Part shown: in pieces, positions 33,394 through 45,025 of the stretch
Position numbering within the stretch: position 1 is the stretch's first letter
Layout of the letters: every line of letters begins with the position of its first letter
Assembly: GCA_002269645.1 (NCBI GenBank)
Contig: NIVC01002675.1
Location: forward strand, 62,001 to 126,000
Reading direction: 5' to 3'
DNA from: Macrostomum lignano
Taxonomy: Eukaryota
Length of the DNA stretch: 64,000 nucleotides
Program-made: the position numbers and the translations under genes
The notes under the pieces: model-generated
What the model saw: only the letters and a program-made list of their open reading frames with translations
The model's database searches: none
What the model was told of the DNA's origin: nothing

Positions 33394-36300
33394 GGCCATT
33401 CTCAGACGACAGTACCCAAAGCCAGACCTGGAAGTACTCGTTGATGAGGCAGTTCCGCAGTGCCAGATCCCTGTGCACAAAGTGCCTACTGTGCAGGTAC
33501 TCCACTCCGCACGCGATGTCCAGTGCGTAGCGAGTCAGGGCTTCTGGCGAAGTCTCCGGAGCAGCCGGCATGGATAGAGCCTGGGTGCGCCGCGCCATCA
33601 GGAAGCCCTTCAGGTCGCCATGCAGGCACATCTCCATCAGAATGTAGTAGGGACTGACCTCCGTGCACACGCCTAGCAGTCGGATGACATTCTCGTGCTG
33701 CACGCTGGTCAGGGAAACTGCCTCCTTCAGCAGCTGCACCACCGACTCCTGCTTGTTTTCGTCGTTGGCGACCTGCTCGAGGAAAATTTGCAAGTACAAT
33801 CTGATTGATTTTGAGCTCATAACTAAAAGCGGCAAGATGGCAAATCAGGGTGTCAGGATGGTTTAGAGGACCGATTCTTAATGTGATTTTGAAAGCCGAT
33901 TCTCAAAGGTCACACCCTTTGCCGACAGCTGGCTGGCACGATTTCGTGCCAAGTGCATGAGTGTCAGAATTTCTACCCCCCGTTCCAGACGGCAGCTAGC
34001 TTCACAAGTATACCCGTATGTAACAAAGCCGCTTAACCAAAAGATAATTTGTCTATGGCTGTGGACCAAATGCTATGGCTGCATGTCTTTCATTCATGAG
34101 AAAACCTTACAGGGGAATATGGAAAGGGCACTATTTTCGGCCATAGATTTTTATTGAAATCACTGTCGTGCTCATAATAGTTCTGCCAAGGACCTGCTTC
34201 AGAAATACAGAAACAGTCTTATTATACTATTGGATATTTTAATCCTCTGTCTACCCAAAGCACCAAGCAAATCGCTCCTGAGAATCATTACATGGCGTTA
34301 GACTTTGACGGAGACTCGGAGTGAGCTGGTTCACTGCTGATGATGAGTCAATTGACGGATCCGAAGTTGAAAATCCCCACAGTGGCCTAGAAGAAGGGCA
34401 GGATGAGTCACTTGTAGGAGAACAGTGGCATTTTGTTGAAGATGGCGCTGATGCCAGGCCAGCACCTCTGCCTGAGTTCCTCGGAGTACCAGGAGTCAGG
34501 CCCGATTTGCAGCTTCCTGAGATCGCCGACGGAAACGAGAGTGATTTTATCAAGCTGTATTTGACAGACGGGTTGATGGAGAACATCAAGAACTGGACAA
34601 AGAACCTAACTGTTAGAACCTAACTGACCATGGTAGGATGAGCAACTTTTGTGTTAAAAAAAACAATGAAGTTTTGGCGGCCCAATGCGCACTTCTATTT
34701 ATTCATGATCTGAATTCCCTTTTTTTGTCACCTATTCTACTGTGTTTTTCTGTTCGAATGCAGTTCAATTACACACAGCTCGTTCTATTTATTAATAGTC
34801 AAGACTACTTCATAAAAACTAATGCTTTTTGCGTTAGTTTGTGTTATCAATACAGAAAGCATGATCTACGTTCGTGTTATACTATACTACGTATAAGATA
34901 CAAATGTACTAACTACTTCAAATACTATTATTCGTTTTTAATATACGCAGGTGTGCATTTGGTCCTGGTCCTATAATTCTTGATCTGTGATGATTGCCAT
35001 AGACAGTGCCACCTAACCTATAGGAAAATAAGCAGCTTTCCAACAAAAACGAACGTGGCACGTTTTTGAGCCATGTCAGTCGGCAACGGGGGTATTAAAT
35101 TCTGCAATCTACGATTGCCCTAGACACCAAGATTCGGTTCCGTCAATAACTATGATTACTTTATGGCAAGAAATCGTGCCATCCGTCTTCTGCCGGTTAG
35201 GCCGATTGTCAGGGTGGTTTTGAGGGCCGATTGTCAGTGTGATTTTGAAGGCCGATTGTCAGGGTGGTTTTGAGGGCCGATTGTCAGTGTGATTTTGAAG
35301 GCCGATTGTCAGGGTGGTTTTGAGGGCCGATTGTCAGTGTGATTTTGAAGGCCGATTGTCAGGGTGGTTTTGAGGGCCGATTGTCAGTGTGATTTTGAAG
35401 GCCGATTGTCAGGGTGGTTTTGAGGGCCGATTGTCAGTGTGATTTTGAAGGCCGATTGTCAGGGTGGTTTTGAGGGCCGATTGTCAGTGTGGTTTTGAAG
35501 GCCGATTGTCAGGGTGGTTTTGAGGGCCGATTGTCAGTGTGATTTTGAAGGCCGATTGTCAGGGTGGTTTTGAGGGCCGATTGGCAGGGTTGTTTTGAAG
35601 GCCGATTTTCAAGGTGATTTTGAAGGCCGATTCTAAATGTGGTTTTTAAGGCCGATTCTCAAGGTGATTTTGGAGGCCGATACTCAATGTGATTTCCGAT
35701 TCTCACAGTGATTTTGAAGGCCGATTCTTAATGTGGTTTAAAGGGCCGATTCTTAATGTGGTTTTAGGGCCGATTTCCAAGGTGGTTTAGAGGGCCGATT
35801 CTCCAGATGGCTTTAAGTTTCTGGGTGGTTTTGAAGGCTGATTCTCAAAGGCAGCTTAGAGGACCGATTCTCCAGGTTTTGAAGGCCGATTCTTATAGAT
35901 CGGAGACAGATCAGAGGGGCAACTGCGTGGACCGTCAGGGATATTTTTCAGAGCCTTCAAACGGTTTTAAGGGCAGAACACAATTGTAGCAGAGAGCTCA
36001 GAGGAGCTAAAGTTCACACTTAACGCACCTTGATAACGCAAGAGGTCCACGCGGACACTTCGCCGCTGACCCGGCCAGCCAGATTGACCTCTCCGCCGTA
36101 CACAGTGCCAAAATACCCAGCGCCCATTTTCCTGTTGAGCACGACCAGCGACCTGTCCAGCTCGTACTTGACCAGCTGATCGCGCAGCAGCTGAAACGGC
36201 TGTGCCCTCAGCTGATACTCGCGCTGCCGATAGTGGCGCAGCAGCACGAAGAACAGCAGCATCAGCGCCAGCAGGATGATGAAGAACACCAGGCAGCCCA

Positions 36301-39300
36301 GAGCTACGATGGACTCGGAGCAGCGCATGCCGGTTCTCAATGCCGACAGCAGGCCCTGGTTGCAGCTGTACGGCTCCCTGAGCAGCTGGATGAACAGCTC
36401 ATTCTCTGTGGCATAGCGCACAGTGGCTGTGGGCTTGAAGCGGTGCTTCACCTCCACCCGGCCATTGGGCAGGCGCTGCCAGACGAAGCCGTCAAGAACC
36501 TGCGTCTTCATGAACTGCTCGCCTCTGCTGATCTTCTTTATCGTGCGCAGCTCTTCGAATTTATCCATCCTGACTGAGTCGAAGAAGCTTTTAGTCGTGT
36601 TCTTGAACTGGTTGTAGCGGCGCAGTATGACCTGGGAAACACCAAGTTTGTTAAGTTCGATGGTAATAGTGTTTAGCGTTACAATATCTGTATCTATAGC
36701 TATCTGGGGATCCAGGGTCCAGGAATAAGTCCCGAGGCGATCTGGGGATCCAGGGTCCTGGAATAAGTCCCGAGGCAATCTGGGGATCCAGGGTCCAGGA
36801 ATAAGTCCCGAGGCGATCTGGGGATCCAGGGTCCAGGAATAAGTCCCGAGGAGATCTGGGGATCCAGGGTCCAGGAATAAGTCCCAAAGCTTATCTGGGG
36901 ATCCAGGGTCCCGGAACGAGTCCCGAGGCGATCTAGGATAGATCTCGTAACTCTTGAGGCTACCTGGGGATCCAGAAAAGAGCGCCAGCTATCGTAGGAT
37001 GTAGGGTCTTAAAGAGTAAGATCTGAGGATTCAATTGGGAGATCTAGGGTCCAGAAGAACAAGTACACAGAGTGCTAGCTAGATCAGAGGATCCAGGGTC
37101 CAGAGAACAAGTACACAGGGTGCTAGCTAGATCAGGGGATCCAGGGTCCAGAGAACAAGTACACAGGGTGCTAGCTAGATGAGGGGATCCAGGGTCCAGA
37201 AGAACAAATACACAGAGTGCTAGCTAGATGAGGGGATCCAGGGTCCAGAAGAACAAATACACAGAGTGCTAGCTAGATGAGAGGATCCAGGGTCCAGAAG
37301 AACAAGTACACAGGGTGCTAGCTAGATCAGGGGATCCAGGGTCCAGAGAGCAAGTACACAGGGTGCTAGCTAGATGAGGGGATCCAGGGTCCAGAGAACA
37401 AGTACACAGGGTGCTAGCTGGATGAGGGGATCCAGGGTCCAGAAGAACAAGTACACAGAGTGCTAGCTATAGATCAGGGGATCCAGGGTCCAGAAGAACA
37501 AGTACACAGAGTGCTAGCTATAGATCAGGGGATCCAGGGTCCAGAAGAACAAGTACACAGAGTGCTAGCTATAGATCAGGGGATCCAGGGTCCAGAAGAA
37601 CAAGTACACAGAGTGCTAGCTATAGATCAGGGGATCCAGGGTCCAGAAGAACAAGTACACAGAGTGCTAGCTGTCAGTCCGCAGCCTGTCGCTCACATTG
37701 ATAGCTCCCCGGCCAATATCGTGCCTGCTGTCAATCATTAGAAGCGAGTTGTCGCTAGCAAAGGTGGTGGTTTCCAGAGCCGCCTTAAACCTCGCGGCCA
37801 CGCTCGGGCTGTTGAGATTGTAAACTGCCGACGGCTGGTCCTCCGCTAGCTTAGTGACTGCCCGGGTGACCAGCAGGATAGCCTGCTGAGTATAGTACTG
37901 AAAGTAGTCTACCATCAATGATTTCGACTCAATAACTGGCCTGGCAGCCTCGGTGCCGGGCTTCGTCAGCTCCCTGGGCACCTGGCGAACAATCAGATGA
38001 CCGTCGGCCACTTCGCGCAGGTTGGTCTCTGTGCAGCCGTCCGTGTTGTTGTTGTCCTGCATTGCGCCAGTGTTGGCGCAGAAGACTGTGTAATTGAAAA
38101 TGTTTCTGGCGCTGCGGGTTGGGATAGCGAAAGCAAAATGGAGAGGAAGACTACAGACAGGAATCAGTACTGCTGTTACACATTCTGGAGAAATAGAATC
38201 TAAAAGTACACAGTCTGAAGCCTTCATAGCATAAAATCACACATTCTGAAGGCATCAAACTTTAAAAGTACATATTCTGCAGGCATCAGACTTTAAAGTA
38301 CACATTCTAAAGGCATCATATCCTAAAAGCACACACCTGAAGGCATCATCCTAAAAGTACACATCTGAAGGCATCATATCCAAAAAGTACACATCTGAAG
38401 GCATCATATCCTAAAAGTACACATCTGAAGGCATCATATCCTAAAAGTACACATCTGAAGGCATCATATCCAAAAAGTACACATCATATCCTTTGGTTGC
38501 ACACGATGGCCGAACAAGACAAGCTAAGTTCAGAATAAAATAATAATAAGTTGAAGCGCACCTGTCGCTCAAAATAAACATATAGTTATTCTTTGGGAGC
38601 ATATTATGCTTGTAGGCAGCGCACAGATAAAGGCAGGTGCCACGCCGCAAATAGTCCATTACAAACATCTGGCACCGCTTTTTTTTCGCGTTTTCTAAAT
38701 TATCCTTGGCCTGCAATGCGTGATTTGTAGTTAAAACATTAGACTGAAATTTCACAATATTTCTACTGACATCGCATACTAGTAGTATAAAATGCGTTTA
38801 AAAGTAAGCTTAAGTTGAAATTACTTAACTACAGAATAGTGTAGAGTTAACACACTTGGCTTAACTAGTCAATCAATCAATTAGCCAGGGTTCGGGCACA
38901 GCTGCCACATCTGGCTATCAGGGTTCAGGTGCAACTGCCACACCTGGCTATCAGGGTTCAGGTGCAGCTGCCACATCTGGCTATCAGGGTTCAGGTGCAG
39001 CTGCCACATCTGGCTATCAGGGTTCAGGTGCAGCTGCCACATCTGGCTATCAGGGTTCAGGTGCAGCTGCCACACCTGGCTATCAGGGTTCAGGTGCAGC
39101 TGCCACATCTGGCTATCAGGGTTCAGGTGCAGCTGCCACATCTGGCTATCAGGGTTCAGGCACAGCTGCCACACCTGGCTATCAGGGTTCGGGCACAGCT
39201 GCCACACCTGGCTATCAGGGTTCAGGTGCAGCTGCCACATCTGGCTATCAGGCTTCAGGTGCAGCTGCCACACTTAGCTATCAGGATTCAGGTGCAGCTG

Positions 39301-42300
39301 CCACACCGGCTATCAGGGTTCGGGTAGCCAAATGTATAACATATAAATCACCTGTTTCAGCGTAAGAGACTCCTCACTAACAACGTCCTCAAAGCAGACA
39401 GTGAGCCCGTTCTTCTTGCCCTCGAACTGTTCCCGCCGAAGGAAGAGCTTGCCGCTGGACAGCAGCGCCACGTCGGGCCAATTGTGGCGCTTTAGAAACT
39501 GAGTGACAACTTCGGCATAGGCATCCAGGCTCGGTATAGTGCGGAAGAAGTAGGGGTAGGCGGTGGGATCGTTATAGATTGTAGATTCGACTGTAGGCGA
39601 GATGACCACACTGCGCATCTCCGTGCTGAGCTCGGCAATGGGCTGCACAGTGTCCGAGCAGGTGGCGGCCAGCAGGCCAAGCAGAGGCCCGTTGGCTCGG
39701 CCGCGGCGCTGGCCAGGACAGACAGAGTCGGCAAAGAACTGCAGCGCGTCAGCTTTGTTGCAGTCCAAGCCGCGGGACTCCAGACTGAGCCGCAGGCCGG
39801 CCCGCCGCAGCCTGATTGAATCATTGCGAAGCGCTTCGTACGGCGTGCTGGGCACCGTCGTGGCATTCGGCAGAGGCGCCGCGTCCTCCGGGTTGATTGG
39901 ATCGCCGTTGAGCTGGGCGACAGTCCGCCTGGCCCAGTGCAGAACCTGATTGTCGTACAGCTTGCTGCCGTTCGGCCACATGAGCGCCAGGCGCAGGGGC
40001 TGCAGGTAGGCGGATTCGTTCAACTGCGGGACGCTCCAGTAGCCTTTGGGAGCGGCCGCGGTCGCTGTTTGGTTTCGCTGCTTCAGTAGCTCCTTAAGAG
40101 TAAATCTGAATGTTGGTTGGATCAAAAAAGGTGGTAGAAGAACAAAGACTTGGCAAGGATGCAGACGGTTGGTAGAAGAACAAAGACTTGGCAAGGATGC
40201 AGACGGTTGCCAGAAGGACAAAGACTTGGCAAGGATGCAGACGGTTGGTAGAAGGATAAAGACTTGGCAAGGATGCAGACGGTGGTAGAAGGACAAAGAC
40301 TTGGCAAGGATGCAGACGGTGGTAGAAGGATAAAGACTTGGCAAGGATGCAGACGGTGGTAGAAGGATAAAGACTTGGCAAGGATGCAGACGGTGGTAGA
40401 AGGATAAAGACTTGGCAAGGATGCAGGAATAAGACAGGAACGGTAGCAGTGCGTGTAAAGCTGGCACAAAGACCTAGGCGAACGGCTTACTCGCACAGAC
40501 TGGCGCCGGGAGACAGAGCGGCTGGATCAGGCAAGGAGAAAGAAGTTAGAAAGGCCCGCAGTTCCGGGTCTCTAGCGGCCAGGTTAGTCAACAGCAGCTT
40601 CTTCTGCTGGCTGCCGATGCCGGAGACGTGCGCGTAGCCGCCAGACTCAGTCAGACGACTTGGCAGGGTGGAGCCGCTGTCGCAGGAGTCCTTGAGCCGC
40701 TGGATGTAGGTCGGATTGAGAATGAAGTCGTGCTCCAACGAGTTCAGTGGACAGTGCGGGCGACCTAGCGACGAGTAGATGTAGCTGCAGGGGAGGCATT
40801 GGGGATTGAAGACTTAGCGGCTATGGAGACTGGATCCACCGTTTGGCTAATCAGTGGGTCAGCGCCATCCTGTGGCTAATCAGTGGGTCAGCGCCATTCT
40901 GTAGCTAATCAGTGGGTCAGCGCCATTATGTAGCTAATCAGTGGGTCAGCGCCATTCTGTAGCTAATCAGTGGGTCAGCGCCATTATGTAGCTAATCAGT
41001 GGGTCAGCGCCATCCTGTGGCTAATCAGTGGGTCAGCGACATTCTGTGGCCAATCAGTGGGTCAGCGCCATTCTGTAGCTAATCAGTGGGTCAGCGCCAT
41101 TCTGTGGCTAATCAGTGGGTCAGCGCCATTCTGTGGCTAATTAGCGGGTCAGCGCCATTCTGTGGCTAATCAGTGGTTCAGCGCCCATGCCCACTGGCTA
41201 ATCATTGGGTCAGCGCCCATGCACACTGGCTAACCAGTAGGTCAGCGCCATTCTGTGGCTAATCAGTGGGTCAGCGCCATTCTGTGGCTAATTAGCGGGT
41301 CAGCGCCATTCTGTGGCTAATCAGTGGTTCAGCGCCCATGCCCACTGGCTAATCATTGGGTCAGCGCCCATGCACACTGGCTAACCAGTAGGTCAGCGCC
41401 ATGCTGTGGCTAATCAGTGGGTTAGTGGATAACTGCCACGATCTCAGAAGCGAGTCACCAACCCGTGTTGTTAATAGCATGGTATACACTGTATAGTTGA
41501 ATTAAATGGAATTTGCAACATTCTTGACGCAGAATATGCTTTAGCCGAACCGACAAGATGGTTGGCAGGGAGCAGACAAACACAAAAGAAGTAAAGCGAG
41601 CCTTCAAGTGCAAAAGTTTAGTAACGAAGGCCTGTCTCTGCAAAATACAGCCACATAGACGGGCATCAGTCAAGGACTGCAGAAACCCCAGGCCCATTAT
41701 ATCGCATTCACACATTAGAGGACGAACGAACCGGGTTTTTCTAAAGGAAAGCAGAAATTTTGCTACAAGTTGCAATATCAACCATTGAAATGTAGAACAC
41801 ATATTGAATCAGTTCTGCCTACATTATACACAAGCCACAATCGGACGGAAAGACAAGGATCTCTCACAATCGGACGGAATGGCAAGGATCTCTCACAATC
41901 GGACGGAATGGCAAGGATCTCTCACAATCGGACGGAATGGCAAGGATCTCTCACAATCGGACGGAATGGCAAGGATCTCTCACAATCGGACGGAATGGCA
42001 AGGATCTCTCACAATCGGACGGAATGGCAAGGATCTCTCACAATCGGACGGAATGGCAAGGATCTCTCACAATCGGACGGAATGGCAAGGATCTCTCACA
42101 ATCGGACGGAATGGCAAGGATCTCTCACAATCGGACGGAATGGCAAGGATCTCTCACAATCGGACGGAATGGCAAGGATCTCTCACAATCGGACGGAATG
42201 GCAAGGATCTCTCACAATCGGACGGAATGGCAAGGATCTCTCACAATCGGACGGAATGGCAAGGATCTCTCACAATCGGACGGAATGGCAAGGATCTCTC

Positions 42301-43832
42301 ACAATCGGACGGAATGGCAAGGATCTCTCACAATCGGACGGAATGGCAAGGATCTCTCACAATCGGACGGAATGGCAAGGATCTCTCACAATCGGACGGA
42401 ATGGCAAGGATCTCTCACAATCGGACGGAATGGCAAGGATCTCTCACAATCGGACGGAATGGCAAGGATCTCTCACAATCGGACGGAATGGCAAGGATCT
42501 CTCACAATCGGACGGAATGGCAAGGATCTCTCACAATCGGACGGAATGGCAAGGATCTCTCACAATCGGACGGAATGGCAAGGATCTCTCACAATCGGAC
42601 TGAATGGCAATGATCTCTCTCAAGCCACAGTCGGACCGAAAGCAAGGATCTCTGAGAATTTTTAGGTACTCAGTCTTTTCACTCTCAGAGAACAGTCTTA
42701 GAACGCTAGTCTCAGTCTAACATTTATCGATCTACGCTTGGACCTTTATTGGTTTGTGTTTCAGTCACTTTATAAGCTTGACCCTCTTTCGCTTTAGTGA
42801 AAATAACAATAGAGACCATTCGACGATGTGAAATTTTTAGGTTACAAAACGCCTCCTCACTAAAGCTGATTTGAGAGGCACTCACTGCTGTCTGTCGCGA
42901 TAAAGAAATCCGCTATCAATATAGTGATTGCCCCAGACCGGCTGAGCCAAGTCAAGCCGGATTAGGCAGGCGTAAGGAAATTTGCACGGATAGTCGTAGG
43001 GCAGTATTGTCGTGCTGTCATAGCGAAATATCTCCCTGAGGACAATGCCAAGTACTTCGGCGCCAAGTCCGAGAGCGCCAGGGCCTGGCGCCACGATAGT
43101 GATGGGCACGTCCGCCTCGTCCGCCGTGGAGTTGAACAGGTAGCGGGCGCGGGATGACACGTCTAAAAGGTGCATGTAGGGCGGTGTGGAGTTGGAGACT
43201 GGGTGACCAATGTGAAAGCGGTTGTGACCAATGTGAGTGGTTGGTGACCAAATGTGACACTGGTTAGTGACCAAAATGTGACACTGGTTGGTGACCAATG
43301 TGACACTGGTTGGTGACCAAATGTGACACTGGTTGGTGACCAAATGTGACACTGGTTGGTGACCAAATGTGACACTGTTTAGTGACCAAATGTGACACTG
43401 GTTAGTAAACAAATGTGACACTGGTTGGTGACCAAATGTGACACTGGTTGGTGACCAAATGTGACACTAGATGGTGACCAAATGACACTAGTTAGTGACC
43501 AAATGTGACACTGGTTGGTGACCAAATGTGACACTGTTTAGTGACCAAATGTGACACTGGTTAGTGACCAAATGTGACACTGGTTAGTGACCAAATGTGA
43601 CAGTGGTTGGTGACAAAATGTGACAGTGGTTGGTGACCAAATGTGACAGTGGTTGGTGACAAAATGTGACACTGGTTGGTGACCAATTGTCGAGCTCACA
43701 TGAGTTGATGCGAGAGTCCAGGTGAAAGTTGCAGACAGGCTGCAGAGGCGGCGGCAGTGGCCTGACAGACGGACTGGCGAAAGGCAGCAGCAGCAACAGC
43801 TGTATCAAGAGTATCGCAATAAGCGAACTCAT
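32223..43832 (-). CDS. VKR: Venus kinase receptor-like RTK: signal peptide, N-terminal extension, Venus-flytrap (ANF/GABA-B-like) domain, TM helix, tyrosine kinase; 9 exons, ~1271 aa
   Basis: complement(join 43700-43832, 42886-43162, 40491-40784, 39352-40105, 38562-38710, 37697-38111, 36029-36631, 33428-33772, 32223-33068) = 3816 nt, phases consistent. Signal peptide [20 protein letters not shown]; VFT motifs [42 protein letters not shown]; [26 protein letters not shown]; kinase [61 protein letters not shown]. The exon-6 acceptor could instead be 38105 (same frame). Confidence 0.88.
33103..33393. repeat. (TCTG)n/(TG)n compound microsatellite, VKR intron 8
   Basis: Direct reading; splits the kinase domain between HRD and DFG. 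Confidence 0.96.
33913..35200 (+). mobile_element. piggyBac-like non-autonomous relic in VKR intron 7
   Basis: ORF 34321..34623 has an acidic N-terminus and FLGVPG...[19 protein letters not shown], resembling the start of piggyBac transposases. Inverted motifs: CCCTTTGCCGAC (33915) vs GTCGGCAACGGG (~35079) followed by TTAA at 35095; TGGCACGATTTCGTGCCA (33934) vs TGGCAAGAAATCGTGCCA (35164, 17/18). Left TTAA not intact; boundaries approximate. Confidence 0.6.
35190..35890. repeat. 25-bp satellite family array with an alternating 50-bp dimer, VKR intron 7
   Basis: GCCGATTGTCAGGGTGGTTTTGAGG alternates with GCCGATTGTCAGTGTGATTTTGAAG from about 35200 to 35580. Confidence 0.93.
36700..37670. repeat. 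Two adjacent minisatellites (38-bp, then 49-51-bp) sharing the core GGGGATCCAGGGTCCAG, VKR intron 6
   Basis: Direct tandem copies at 36700-36970 and 37030-37670. Confidence 0.92.
38270..38485. repeat. ~30-bp minisatellite (AGGCATCATATCCTAAAAGTACACATCTGA)n, VKR intron 5
   Basis: Direct tandem copies. Confidence 0.88.
38885..39325. repeat. 33-bp minisatellite (CAGGGTTCAGGTGCAGCTGCCACATCTGGCTAT)n, VKR intron 4
   Basis: Direct tandem copies; explains ORFs 38881..39273 and 38929..39327. Confidence 0.95.
40130..40425. repeat. ~37-bp minisatellite (GAAGGATAAAGACTTGGCAAGGATGCAGACGGTGGTA)n, VKR intron 3
   Basis: Direct tandem copies. Confidence 0.93.
40845..41425. repeat. 29-bp minisatellite (GTGGCTAATCAGTGGGTCAGCGCCATTCT)n, VKR intron 2
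   Basis: Direct tandem copies. Confidence 0.93.
41835..42630. repeat. Near-perfect 29-bp minisatellite (CAATCGGACGGAATGGCAAGGATCTCTCA)n, ~26 copies, VKR intron 2
   Basis: Period 29 (41881/41910); explains ORFs 41770-42665. Confidence 0.97.
43200..43685. repeat. 23-bp minisatellite (GTGACCAAATGTGACACTGGTTG)n, VKR intron 1
   Basis: Direct tandem copies filling almost the whole intron. Confidence 0.95.
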
Positions 43833-44034
43833 TTTGCTGCAAGAGCAGTGCCTATAGCAATCGTTACGCATCTGTTGCAGTCTCTGCTCCAATGCTTTCT
43901 GGCATTCTGCCGCCTCGGATGCCTGGCTGTGTGGCGTTGAAAAGCCAAACTACGCATGAAGTGGCATATGATGTCCAACAAATTTTGCAGTAGAAATAAA
44001 AAAGCATGGCGAAACTGACTTCACTCTGCTACTC

Positions 44035-44800
44035 TTAGTGTGAATTGGGGGGGGGCTGCTACTCCTAGTGCACATTAAGGGGGGGGGGCTCTACTCCTAG
44101 TGCACATTGGGGGGGGGGGGCTGCTACTCCTAGTGCACATTTGGGGGGGGGCTGCTACTCCTAGTGCACATTAGGGGGGGGCTGCTACTCCTAGTGCACA
44201 TTAGGGGGGGGCTGCTACTCCTAGTGTACATTAGGGGGGGGGCTGCTACTCCTAGTGCACATTGGGGGGGGGGCTGCTACTCCTAGTGTACATTAGGGGG
44301 GGGCTGCTACTCCTAGTGTACATTACGGGGGGGCTGCTACTCCTAGTGCACATTAGGGGGGGGGGGCTGCTACTCCTAGTGCACATTAGGGGGGGCTGCT
44401 ACTCCTAGTGTACATTAGGGGGGCTGCTACTCCTAGTGCACATTAGGGGGGGGGGGCTGCTACTCCTAGTGTACATTAGGGGGGGCTGCTACTCCTATTG
44501 CACATTAGGGGAGGGGGCTGCTACTCCTAGTGCACATTAGGGGGGGGGGGCTGCTACTCCTAGTGCACATTAGGGGGGCCTGCTACTCCTAGTGCACATT
44601 GGGGGCTGCTACTCCTAGTGCACATTGGGGGCTGCTACTCCTAGTGTACATTACGGGGGCCTGCTACTCCTAGTGCACATTGGGGGCTGCTACTCCTAGT
44701 GCACATTGGGGGCTGCTACTCCTAGTGTACAATGTATCCTAGTGTACACTTCTAGTATACATTGGGGACTGCTACTTCGATAGTAAATCATGAGGTGCTA
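44035..44800. repeat. Minisatellite (CTGCTACTCCTAGTGCACATTA-G5..10)n with variable poly-G, between VKR and the ZF gene
   Basis: Constant core with G runs of variable length. Confidence 0.93.
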
Positions 44801-45025
44801 CTTCTAGTGTACACTATATAAAACTTGTTTAAACTAAAAACAAAAACAAAAGCAATAAAAGTTTAAGTGCTATTTAAGAATGCATTTCACTAAAACAAAG
44901 TTATTAGAAGAAACAGAGATTTACTAACAAAAAAACACGGTAAATGCAGTTACTTCGGTCAAATTTTAGCTAGCCATGGTACACCAAATTGGCAACAGAT
45001 ATACAGAAACCAACTCAAAGAGTGA

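Noticed and set aside
32260-33530. Long plus-strand ORFs antisense to GC-rich exons (also 20957..21547, 45755-46477, 48641..49114)
   Set aside because: Antisense shadows of real minus-strand coding sequence, with no independent motifs.
32223-36631. Calling the kinase an insulin receptor or ALK/ROS
   Set aside because: The ectodomain is a Venus-flytrap module with no L, furin-like, FN3 or MAM domains.
7540-44800. CRISPR-like appearance of the 23-37-bp direct repeats
   Set aside because: Units are contiguous with no unique spacers, there are no cas genes, and the context is eukaryotic introns.
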